IMG/VR virus record: IMGVR_UViG_3300045988_150650
Origin: a virus
DNA: 32,992 nucleotides
Strand: one strand, 5' to 3'
Below, piece after piece: positions 1 through 7,246 of the stretch. Below the pieces are notes generated by a model, which did no database searches, was not told the DNA's origin, and worked only from the letters and a program-made list of their open reading frames with translations. Each line of letters starts with the position of its first letter. Positions within the stretch are counted from its first letter, which is position 1. The position numbers and the translations under genes are program-made.

Positions 1-55
1 AGATTATAAGTCAACTTATTTTTTTGCAAAACTCAAAAAAAGTTGACTTTTAATA
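1..55. repeat. 55-bp terminal direct repeat, left copy (identical to 32938..32992)
   Basis: AGATTATAAGTCAACTTATTTTTTTGCAAAACTCAAAAAAAGTTGACTTTTAATA occurs at 1-55 and again at 32938-32992, base for base. This fits end overlap of a circular contig. Confidence 0.95.
8..49. promoter_or_regulatory. Putative operator of the lysis/lysogeny switch: 10-bp inverted repeat whose arms carry two back-to-back -35 boxes
   Basis: AAGTCAACTT (8-17) and AAGTTGACTT (40-49) are exact reverse complements separated by a 22-nt A/T-rich spacer. Each arm contains TTGACT in the outward direction. The site lies between divergent HTH genes 92..520 (+) and 32644..32883 (-) once the contig is circularised. Confidence 0.6.
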
Positions 56-91
56 TATTGAATGTTATTTTTATTTTATGGAGGTCTCTAC

Positions 92-520
92 ATGTCAAAA
101 ATAGGCGAACGTATATACACAGCTCGAAAGGCCAAAGAGTGGACTCAAGAAGAACTTGCCCATAAGATGGGCTATAAATCCAAGTCGACAATAAATAAGA
201 TAGAAATAGGTATAAATGACATACCTCAATCTAAAATTGCAAAATTCGCAGATATTTTAGGTGTTACAATCCCTTATCTTATGGGATGGACAAACGATCC
301 CAGCCCCTCCTTTCATTTGGGGGCTGCTTCAGGATCCATTACTTTCTCTCCGGATGAGGAGCAAATAATTCTCGCCTATCGCAATGCCGATGAAATTACT
401 AAGGGCATGGTTAGACGTTGTTTGGGACTTGATGAGGAAGAAGTAGTACCTGGCCGAAAAGCCGCTTTAAAAGTTGCAGAGGAGTTTTTGGGCGCCCCTG
501 CTAAAAAACTAAAATATTAG
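92..520 (+). CDS. XRE/cI-like phage repressor (HTH only, no S24 peptidase-like C-terminus seen)
   Basis: The N-terminus reads MSKIGERIYTARKAKEWTQEELAHKMGYKSKSTINKIEIG...IAKFADILGV, a typical Cro/C1 HTH. ATG 92 is preceded by GGAGG at 80-84, while the track start at 62 has no RBS. It is divergent from the cro-like gene across the junction. Confidence 0.8.
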   Translation: MSKIGERIYTARKAKEWTQEELAHKMGYKSKSTINKIEIGINDIPQSKIAKFADILGVTIPYLMGWTNDPSPSFHLGAASGSITFSPDEEQIILAYRNADEITKGMVRRCLGLDEEEVVPGRKAALKVAEEFLGAPAKKLKY

Positions 521-899
521 ATGTATTAGGCCTCTTTGGCCTTTGGGATTGGTGGTAATGACTAATACTTTTGATTCTACTATGTAAATTGCATAAACGT
601 TATTATCCTCAATATATCTGTAATATTTATACACACTTTACGACTCCCCTTCTTTAAGGGGCACCCTGATGTAAATTTTACCAGTTTTTTAATATGGAAA
701 ATACCGGTACTTTCTGGGAGGTTTGACCAGATGTCCGTTTTTGTAACTTGTTTTATATCATCTCGCTCACGTGGGCGAGATGATCCCTATTTGATACATT
801 TCTGAATAAAAATATGAGCAAAAATAGGGTGATAAAATTTTGTCTTTTATTTTTATCAATTTTGAGAGAATTTAAGACAATCAAAATTTTACGTTTTTA

Positions 900-931
900 T
901 TGACATAATTGGTGGGTTATTGTAATATAAT
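900..931 (+). promoter_or_regulatory. Sigma-70-like promoter upstream of the Abi gene
   Basis: TTGACA lies at 900-905 and a 17-nt spacer leads to TAATAT at 923-928, with TATAAT also at 926-931. It sits in an otherwise non-coding AT-rich stretch. Confidence 0.55.
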
Positions 932-941
932 ACTAATAGAT

Positions 942-1003
942 CCCGCCGGGCCTCTGTTGCACTGTGTGCAGCATGCACAAATTCGGCGGGCCTTTTGTTT
1001 TTT
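942..1003 (+). terminator. Promoter-proximal intrinsic-terminator-like hairpin (candidate attenuator) in the Abi leader
   Basis: CCCGCCG (942-948) pairs with CGGCGGG (984-990) and is followed by CCTTTTGTTTTTT. The enclosed loop can form two mutually exclusive small hairpins: TGCAC 958-962 with GTGCA 966-970, or TGTGCA 965-970 with TGCACA 974-979. Confidence 0.5.
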
Positions 1004-1016
1004 GAGGATAAGGATA

Positions 1017-1946
1017 GTGGAACACAAAATTTTTAAAAATATCGAAGAGCAGATCGCACTTTTAAGTAATGACAAGGGACTTATTATTGACGACGTTGAA
1101 TATGCGAAAAATTGCCTAAGTGAACTAAATTATTATAGACTTAGTGGCTACTCTCTTACTCTGCGCAAAAATGATCACTTTTATAAGGATTCTAAGTTCA
1201 GCGATATAATGCAAATTTATAATTTCGATAGAGAAATCAAAATTTTATTGTTGGGTTATCTTGAAAATGTTGAAATTTCCCTTCGCACCCATATAGCCTA
1301 TGAGCTTGGCCAGCAAGACAATGTTTCTTCTGGCACTATAAGCTATATGAAAAAAGACAATTATATAAGTAACTGTCACTATAATAGATTTATGGAAACT
1401 ATAACAAGGGAAATCAGTAACAATAGAGACGAGGCGTTTGTTAAACATCATCAACGAAAATATGATGGGGTCCTTCCTATATGGGCTATGGTTGAAACTC
1501 TATCTTTCGGAAAATCATCAATGCTTTTTGCGTCATTAAACAATGATCTCAAAAAACAAATTTGTGATAAATATTATTACGGTATTAGATATACTGTAAT
1601 TGAAAATTTTCTTGAAGGGTTAGTAGTTCTCAGAAATATCTGTGCCCATCACTCTCGCTTATATAATCGTGGATTGCCCCATAAACCCAATTTTTCTAAT
1701 TGGGAGATTAGTTATTTTGAAAAACAATCATATGAACGTGAAAGCATAGGCAATAAACTTTTTTTCCGTCTACTTGTGCTTATTAGGCTATCCCCAGATA
1801 GATTGGGCATTTCAAATACAATAATTAACGATATTTGCAATTTAAAAGAGAAATATCCTTTCGTCGATTTGAAACATTATGGATTCACTAAAAATTGGAA
1901 AAATATAATAGACCATTTAGTTTATGAATATGAAAATAATAAATGA
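1017..1946 (+). CDS. Abi_2 family (AbiD/AbiF-like) abortive-infection protein
   Basis: Motifs remembered from Pfam Abi_2 (PF07751) are present: LNYYRLSGY, LPIWAMVETLSFGK and LRNICAHHSRLYNR. The track start (TTG 909) lies inside the promoter. GTG 1017 follows AGGATAAGGA and gives a family-typical N-terminus (EHKIFKNIEEQIALL). Confidence 0.8.
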   Translation: MEHKIFKNIEEQIALLSNDKGLIIDDVEYAKNCLSELNYYRLSGYSLTLRKNDHFYKDSKFSDIMQIYNFDREIKILLLGYLENVEISLRTHIAYELGQQDNVSSGTISYMKKDNYISNCHYNRFMETITREISNNRDEAFVKHHQRKYDGVLPIWAMVETLSFGKSSMLFASLNNDLKKQICDKYYYGIRYTVIENFLEGLVVLRNICAHHSRLYNRGLPHKPNFSNWEISYFEKQSYERESIGNKLFFRLLVLIRLSPDRLGISNTIINDICNLKEKYPFVDLKHYGFTKNWKNIIDHLVYEYENNK

Positions 1947-1977
1947 GGTCTTTTGTGTTATTTAAGGAGGTTCCATC

Positions 1978-3399
1978 ATGAAAACAGCAGCCGCCTACAT
2001 ACGTGTATCTACAGATGAACAAACAGAACACAGCCCAGATTCGCAGCTGAAAGAGATAAGGAACTATGCTGATAGGCATGGCTTGATATTAGACCCGTCC
2101 CATATCTATATAGACGCAGGAGTCAGCGGGAGAAAAGCCAAAAAGCGGCCGCAGTTTCTGAAAATGATTGCGACGGCCAAAGGAGAGCCGTCGCCTTTTT
2201 CTGTTGTCTTAGTGTGGAAATTTTCGAGATTCGCACGTAACCAGGAGGAAAGTATTGTATATAAATCTCTCTTGAATCGTGAATGTGGAGTCGAAGTCGT
2301 TTCTATTACCGAGGAAACCCAGGACAAGATGTTCGGTTCGCTGGTAGAACGTATGATAGAATGGATGGATGAATTTTATTCTATCCGGCTGGGTGAGGAA
2401 GTCAGAACCAAAATGACCTATGTTGCCGAAACCGGCAAAATACAAACAGCCCCCTCCTTTGGATTTTCTAAAAATTCCGAAGGAGAATACGTTTTAAATC
2501 CGGACGAAGCCGAGTGGGTGCTGTTTATGGCCGAAAGTTTATTACAGAAAAAAAGTCTGCGCTGGATTGCGAAAGAATTGAACAGCCACGGGGTTCGAAC
2601 TCACCGGGGGAATAAATTTGAGCCCCGGACTGTAAGATACATTTTGAAAAATCTGACCAATACAGGCGCCTCGCATTGGACGCCAAACCGTGAAGATCAC
2701 GAAAATGAATACCACCCCTATTCCGATTCGACGATAGTAGTCGATGGCGTATGTGATCATATATATACCCGGGAATACTATGATAAAATTATTGCAGAAT
2801 TAGACACCCGGGCAGAAAATCGTAAAAAATATGATAAACCAGACACGGTAAAAAAACATTGGCTCTCAGGATTCCTGAAATGTTCTAACTGCGGGTCTAC
2901 TATGGTCTACTCTCTGGCCAACAAGGGTTTTCAATGTTACAAATATGGTAAATCTCTATGCGATGTTTCTCATTTTATTTCTGCGTCAAAAATTGAGGAA
3001 TCGGTAATTCAGGCCATTAAAAACGTAACGGTGAATGATAAATTCATTAAATCTGTAACCAAACCCCCAAAAAAAGCAGATCATAAAAAGGACATACGGC
3101 GGCTGGAGGGCATGCTTCAGCGGGCAAAAATCGCCTATATGGAAGAAATTGACACGCTGGAAGAATATGCGGCTAATAAAGAACGTATCGAAAAAGAAAT
3201 CTTAAAATTCAAAAAAGAAGATGAAAAGGCGACTGCCTATAGACCGGCGGAAGATGTTAGGCGGCAATTCGCTGAGATAGTCGACCTTTTATCCTCCGAT
3301 TCTGAAGACGCTATTAAAAGGGCGGCTCTGGGGGAAATCGTTGAAAGTATCGTATTTTCACGGCCTAATACTGCTATAAAAATTTATTTCCGCCTTTAA
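1978..3399 (+). CDS. Large serine recombinase (phage integrase)
   Basis: The N-terminal resolvase domain has the catalytic-serine context AAYIRVSTDEQ. It is followed by a recombinase domain, a Cys-rich zinc-ribbon (CSNCGS...CYKYGKSLC) and a C-terminal coiled coil. AGGAGG lies upstream of ATG 1978. Confidence 0.9.
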   Translation: MKTAAAYIRVSTDEQTEHSPDSQLKEIRNYADRHGLILDPSHIYIDAGVSGRKAKKRPQFLKMIATAKGEPSPFSVVLVWKFSRFARNQEESIVYKSLLNRECGVEVVSITEETQDKMFGSLVERMIEWMDEFYSIRLGEEVRTKMTYVAETGKIQTAPSFGFSKNSEGEYVLNPDEAEWVLFMAESLLQKKSLRWIAKELNSHGVRTHRGNKFEPRTVRYILKNLTNTGASHWTPNREDHENEYHPYSDSTIVVDGVCDHIYTREYYDKIIAELDTRAENRKKYDKPDTVKKHWLSGFLKCSNCGSTMVYSLANKGFQCYKYGKSLCDVSHFISASKIEESVIQAIKNVTVNDKFIKSVTKPPKKADHKKDIRRLEGMLQRAKIAYMEEIDTLEEYAANKERIEKEILKFKKEDEKATAYRPAEDVRRQFAEIVDLLSSDSEDAIKRAALGEIVESIVFSRPNTAIKIYFRL

Positions 3400-3482
3400 T
3401 TATATGCATTTGAAGTATGGAGGTCCCTATTGCAGATACATATAATTTTTTAAAAAATCCTGAATTTTTTTGAAAAAAGGTG

Positions 3483-3511
3483 TTGACAATTCACGGAATC
3501 CGTGATATTAT
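3483..3511 (+). promoter_or_regulatory. Strong sigma-70-like promoter with a perfect 15-bp palindromic operator filling the spacer
   Basis: TTGACA (3483-3488) is followed by a 17-nt spacer and then TATTAT (3506-3511), which is preceded by TGA (extended -10). The spacer contains the palindrome TCACGGA-A-TCCGTGA at 3491-3505. Confidence 0.65.
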
Positions 3512-3542
3512 ATAATTACAGAAAGGGAGAAAGGAGGTAACG

Positions 3543-3671
3543 ATGAGCAAGCAAAAGAAAAACCGCCGAAAAGATAAACGAGTAGACAACAAGTTGAATC
3601 TTGTAACAGCGGTTATCAACCTCATTATAGCAGTTATAAATATAATTGCAATAGTGAAAATTCAAAGCTAA
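3543..3671 (+). CDS. 42-aa small membrane peptide with a basic N-terminus and one TM helix, below the ORF-track cutoff
   Basis: Manual translation gives MSKQKKNRRKDKRVDNKLNLVTAVINLIIAVINIIAIVKIQS. A strong RBS (AAAGGAGGT) lies 5 nt upstream and the gene sits directly downstream of the 3483 promoter. A GAGGGC-GAAA-GCCCTC hairpin follows the stop. Confidence 0.6.
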   Translation: MSKQKKNRRKDKRVDNKLNLVTAVINLIIAVINIIAIVKIQS

Positions 3672-3714
3672 GGCAGAGAGGGCGAAAGCCCTCCTGCAAG
3701 CTCATCAAAATTAT

Positions 3715-3798
3715 ATGAAAATAGCATTGTTGATAATGGCTGCGATTGCGGTAATATTATCACTAACCGTTATCGTCAGAAATTTCAAGAAAAAGTAA
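3715..3798 (+). CDS. Possible 27-aa hydrophobic peptide
   Basis: Manual translation gives MKIALLIMAAIAVILSLTVIVRNFKKK, a TM helix with a basic tail. No convincing RBS is present, so the call is weak. Confidence 0.3.
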   Translation: MKIALLIMAAIAVILSLTVIVRNFKKK

Positions 3799-3817
3799 GT
3801 ATAGGAGAAGGTTAAAA

Positions 3818-4225
3818 ATGAGTGATAAACTAAGAAAAGCGAGAAAAGCTGCGGGATTGACGCAGTTGCAGATGTGCAAAAAATTCCAAATCCCTAAAAG
3901 AACATTGGAAGACTGGGAGTACGGAGTAAGTAAGTGCCCCATCTATTTGGAAAAATTATTGTTGAAGGAGCTGAATAATATGTATTGCGAGAAGAGAGAT
4001 CTGTATTATATTAGAACTAACGACTATGATTTTGTATTATCAGACGATGGCGAAGTGCGCAGAGTCCTGACAGATGACAAGGATCCGACCATGCACGACG
4101 TGAGGCCGACAAAATATTTAGCTGCTGTTGTAGACGACAGCAGCTGGGAGGTCTATGAGGAAACGGCAGAGGATCTGATCTCAGAGGGTGAAGTTCTCGC
4201 AAAAATGCTTGACCGGACAATCTGA
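3818..4225 (+). CDS. HTH (XRE-like) protein with an uncharacterised C-terminal domain
   Basis: The N-terminus LRKARKAAGLTQLQMCKKFQIPKRTLEDWEYG is HTH-like. The RBS is TAGGAGAAGG. It is the last gene of the plus-strand cassette, before the bidirectional terminator. Confidence 0.7.
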   Translation: MSDKLRKARKAAGLTQLQMCKKFQIPKRTLEDWEYGVSKCPIYLEKLLLKELNNMYCEKRDLYYIRTNDYDFVLSDDGEVRRVLTDDKDPTMHDVRPTKYLAAVVDDSSWEVYEETAEDLISEGEVLAKMLDRTI

Positions 4226-4270
4226 TTTCTCTGATTTGAGAGCAGTGTAGTTTCATATGGTAGTCTAACT

Positions 4271-4298
4271 AAAAGCGGGGCACTCAGCCCCGCTTTTA
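4271..4298. terminator. Bidirectional intrinsic terminator between the convergent plus-strand cassette and the minus-strand late operon
   Basis: AAAA-GCGGGGC (4275-4281) is followed by the loop ACTCA and GCCCCGC (4287-4293)-TTTT. The A-run and T-run make it usable on both strands. Confidence 0.85.
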
Positions 4299-4299
4299 T

Positions 4300-4593
4300 T
4301 CAGAAAAAGTACCCCATGGCCATGCCTATAACAGCCGTGACTATATACCCTATAGCCTTGCGCCACATTTCCCCATCTCGATTCTCGAGAACTTCGAGGC
4401 GTTCGCCATGCTTGACCTGCTCTTTCACTGTCATCTCTATGCTCTGAGCCAATTTTTCGACGGATATTGTCAGGGAGCTGATCTGCTTCGTATTCTGTTC
4501 CAGTAGCTCTATTCTCTTATCCTGTCTTTTTTCCTCCGCCTCAAGGCGGCGGCGGAACTCTTCGTGCTCCGCCCTGGTTATCGGTGAATCCAT
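4300..4593 (-). CDS. XhlA-like lysis-associated membrane protein (coiled coil plus C-terminal TM)
   Basis: The protein has a long coiled coil, an ENRDGEMWRK motif and a C-terminal TM segment (AIGYIVTAVIGMAMGYFF). This resembles the hemolysin XhlA family (PF10779) found in Firmicutes phage lysis cassettes. It is the last gene before the terminator. Confidence 0.55.
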   Translation of the reverse strand: MDSPITRAEHEEFRRRLEAEEKRQDKRIELLEQNTKQISSLTISVEKLAQSIEMTVKEQVKHGERLEVLENRDGEMWRKAIGYIVTAVIGMAMGYFF

Positions 4594-4603
4594 GTCTTTC
4601 CTC

Positions 4604-5521
4604 CTATAGATCTGCTTTTTTGACGAAGCCCGTCACCTGTCCTGCGACTCCGACCCTATTCTTGGCGTTAGTTATTCTATATCTGCCATTCAGCTCTTTG
4701 CCGTCCCACAGGTAATATGTGCCGGTTACTCTTCCTGCCGGATTTGCGGCCGCTGAGCTACTATACAGCGGACAGTTTGTCAACGTGAACGCCTGACCCC
4801 TGTTATAGGTCTTAGGAACTTCCGCTTTTACACCCATCAGTTCGTTTACTTTTGCCTGTACCGCTGTATAGTCATATCCTGCGGCGGTCAGACGCTTCTT
4901 TCTGTCGTCTCCATTTCCCCATTTCCCGGCTAAAACTTCTTTTGCGATGGTCTCAACGGACTTTGCTGGGGATTCTTCGGGGGCTCCTGAAAACGCTACG
5001 TCAAAATATTTACAGATACCCTGCGCCAACGCTTTTCCCACGCTTTCCGAATCGTGGATGAAACTGTCTACGTCGGTCTGGTTAGTGTGAAATCCAAGTT
5101 CGCAGTAAAGTGTCTTGGCTTTTGGCGTTTTAATTTCTGTCAGCTCAGGTCTTGCTGAAAAATGTGCCTTTACTCCTCCCGGGTATATCGCTTCAAGGAA
5201 CGGCGCCACAGCATTATATATAGCTCTGTATGCAGTGTTATCCTGATAGAACATGAAGAGAAGATATCTGGCCGAGGCTCCTGCGGCGTTGGTATGGATA
5301 GGCACGTAGAGGGAGGCTCCCTTGCTGTTTGCCTCCTGACATCTTGTCGCCATGTTCTGGGACGTCTTTCCTATTATGACATCGAAACCGCTGTTTTTAA
5401 GGTACTTTGCGCATACTTCGGCTATAGGCCTGGTATGTTTATCCTCATAACAGTCCGGTCTTAAACATTTATTTTGTCCTGGTCCGTGGTTAGACGGGCT
5501 TAAATATATCAATTTTGCCAT
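4604..5521 (-). CDS. Endolysin: N-acetylmuramoyl-L-alanine amidase (Amidase_3-like) with a CW_7-like repeat and a C-terminal SH3b-like domain
   Basis: The catalytic region contains VPIHTNAAG. The central KWGNGDDRKKRLTAAGYDYTAVQAKVNEL looks like a Cpl-7 CW_7 repeat. The C-terminus YYLWDGKELNGRYRITN is SH3b-like. AAGGAG lies upstream of ATG 5521. Confidence 0.85.
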   Translation of the reverse strand: MAKLIYLSPSNHGPGQNKCLRPDCYEDKHTRPIAEVCAKYLKNSGFDVIIGKTSQNMATRCQEANSKGASLYVPIHTNAAGASARYLLFMFYQDNTAYRAIYNAVAPFLEAIYPGGVKAHFSARPELTEIKTPKAKTLYCELGFHTNQTDVDSFIHDSESVGKALAQGICKYFDVAFSGAPEESPAKSVETIAKEVLAGKWGNGDDRKKRLTAAGYDYTAVQAKVNELMGVKAEVPKTYNRGQAFTLTNCPLYSSSAAANPAGRVTGTYYLWDGKELNGRYRITNAKNRVGVAGQVTGFVKKADL

Positions 5522-5525
5522 TTTA

Positions 5526-5792
5526 TTACTCCTTTGTTCCTTCTATAAAATTTCTAAATAATTCGTACATACCAGTCGAGGCGAGGCCTGAGATTATACC
5601 GCCAATAATTACCTCAGGAACCACTGTCCAGTCATTGATCCACATATTAAATGCTATGCCGATGACTGATAAAATAAACGGTATATATTTGTTCGGGATA
5701 AACTGCAGGGAGTGTTTTATCACATACCCTATTGCCAGGCAAAACGCCACTACCCCGACCACTAAATAGTCGGCCAAAATTCCAATATCCAT
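5526..5792 (-). CDS. Holin (88 aa, multi-TM)
   Basis: MDIGILADYLVVGVVAFCLAIGYVIKH...GGIISGLASTGMYELF has at least two TM segments and lies immediately upstream of the endolysin. ATG 5792 follows GAGAGG. The track start at 5840 is a TTG without an RBS. Confidence 0.75.
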   Translation of the reverse strand: MDIGILADYLVVGVVAFCLAIGYVIKHSLQFIPNKYIPFILSVIGIAFNMWINDWTVVPEVIIGGIISGLASTGMYELFRNFIEGTKE

Positions 5793-5840
5793 TTTCTTTC
5801 CTCTCTTTCTTTTTTTCAAATTTCTTTTATTTTTGCCCAA

Positions 5841-7235
5841 TTATTTCCAGCGGCCGAAGCAATGCACTTGCGCCGACAGGGTGCGTGTGTTTGCATCGCT
5901 GGTCGGTGTCCATATGTATATATTCAATAAGGACTTGGTATTTCCGGTTCCAACTGAAGCTCCTCCTATCCAGTTGCCAGATACTGTCACTATGCTGGTA
6001 GGCGTGCTGATGAAGAGCCCTGTGGGAAGTGTCGCTTTCGATATCACATAATATAGTCCTCCTTCTGTGCTGGATGTTTGATACGTCGCAACGCCTGAAC
6101 CCCAACACTCAGAGGTCCCACCGTTCCACTTTCTGTATGTCCATGCCCCGGAAGTCCCTTGTTCAACTATATAGTCGGCAGTATTCACATTATCCAGATG
6201 TAGCCTCCACGCGTCTCTGCCGTCTACGTCCGCGTTGCCGTTCCAGCCTACCTCATTACCGGCACGTACATACATCTGTCCGTACTGCTGTTCCAGCCAG
6301 ATCTGCTGTATGGTCAGGGCGCTACCTACTGTTTGTAACGCCTGAATCAGCGTTCCGTATCCTGATGGCTTGTTGATAATGGTCGACCCAATCCCATAAT
6401 AGCATGTGAAATTTCCAAATTCCGCCCATGCGTTCGGGGTATCAGCAGTAGGCCGCGTATTGTTGGGCAATTTTAACAGGTTTTGAATAGCGTTCGCCCT
6501 ATCTTCCGCACCGGTTCCGCCCTTTTCTATGGCTATGGGGAAACCGCCTACGGCTTCGGCTGCTTTTCTTGCTTCTTCGGCCGCTTCGTCGGCCCCTTCC
6601 GCTGCCGTAGTCGCTGATGTTGCCGCATTATTGGCTGCCGTAGCCGCTTGACTTGCCGCTTGGGCTGATGTATTAGCCTCCCTTGCCGCAGTATTAGCAG
6701 CCTCTGTGGCTATCTCCGCTCCGCCAATAGCTGTATTAGCGTCCTTGATCACATCGTCTACTCTGTCAGCTGCTTTATTGGCTGCCGCAGCTGCATTATT
6801 GGCCGCCGTAGTCGCCTCTCCCGACTCGGAAATGGCTTTCTGCGCCTCCTTTATCAGTTCATCTAACACCCCGAACTCATTGGACGACTCTATGGCGCTG
6901 TCTGATATCAGGTTTCTTTCAATTGCAAATTCCAATATGAATGAGACGAGAATATCGTCACCTATTACTACCTGAATCTGGCCGTTTTGCCTTCCTGATT
7001 CTGCGAACGTCTGCGCAGTAGGCTTTAACGTAACTTTTTGCCCCGACACCAGGCACTCGTTATATATCTCCAGTCCGCTTGGCTTTTTAAGATAAAATCT
7101 TGCGGTCGCCCCGGGCGGAACAATATAGTCTTTTATGTAAAATTCTATGGGAATTTCCGTTGAATACTGAACGTAGTGTATTATCTCGGCAGGATCCCAC
7201 TCGATTACACTTAATTTTATATTTTTACTGTCCAT
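5841..7235 (-). CDS. Tail fibre / receptor-binding protein with a BppU-like N-terminus and an Ala-rich coiled coil
   Basis: The N-terminus (KLSVIEWD...FYLKKPSG) resembles the baseplate upper protein Ig-like domain. It is followed by a long alanine-rich helical stretch, an IEKGGTGAEDRANA motif common in phage fibres, and a distinct C-terminal domain. It lies after Tal. Confidence 0.7.
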   Translation of the reverse strand: MDSKNIKLSVIEWDPAEIIHYVQYSTEIPIEFYIKDYIVPPGATARFYLKKPSGLEIYNECLVSGQKVTLKPTAQTFAESGRQNGQIQVVIGDDILVSFILEFAIERNLISDSAIESSNEFGVLDELIKEAQKAISESGEATTAANNAAAAANKAADRVDDVIKDANTAIGGAEIATEAANTAAREANTSAQAASQAATAANNAATSATTAAEGADEAAEEARKAAEAVGGFPIAIEKGGTGAEDRANAIQNLLKLPNNTRPTADTPNAWAEFGNFTCYYGIGSTIINKPSGYGTLIQALQTVGSALTIQQIWLEQQYGQMYVRAGNEVGWNGNADVDGRDAWRLHLDNVNTADYIVEQGTSGAWTYRKWNGGTSECWGSGVATYQTSSTEGGLYYVISKATLPTGLFISTPTSIVTVSGNWIGGASVGTGNTKSLLNIYIWTPTSDANTRTLSAQVHCFGRWK

Positions 7236-7246
7236 GTTTCACCTCC

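Noticed and set aside
1-55. The 55-bp terminal repeats as attL/attR core sites of an integrated prophage
   Set aside because: The integrase is a serine recombinase, a family that leaves only a ~2-bp crossover and not 55-bp direct repeats. No host genes flank the repeats, and the repeat contains the phage's own switch operator. A circular-assembly overlap is the simpler reading.
731-805. 24-aa ORF (MSVFVTCFISSRSRGRDDPYLIHF) downstream of a GGGAGG at 715-720
   Set aside because: The spacing to the ATG is ~10 nt and the ORF simply runs through the 28-bp palindrome. The peptide has no convincing features, so the region is treated as non-coding.
909-1016. N-terminal 36-codon extension of the Abi ORF from TTG 909
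   Set aside because: The TTG lies between the -35 and -10 of the predicted promoter, and the extension would translate the terminator hairpin. GTG 1017 has an RBS and gives a family-like N-terminus.
5793-5840. Longer holin isoform from TTG 5840 as an antiholin
   Set aside because: There is no Shine-Dalgarno sequence before the TTG, which directly abuts the fibre gene stop. It is kept only as a low-interest note.
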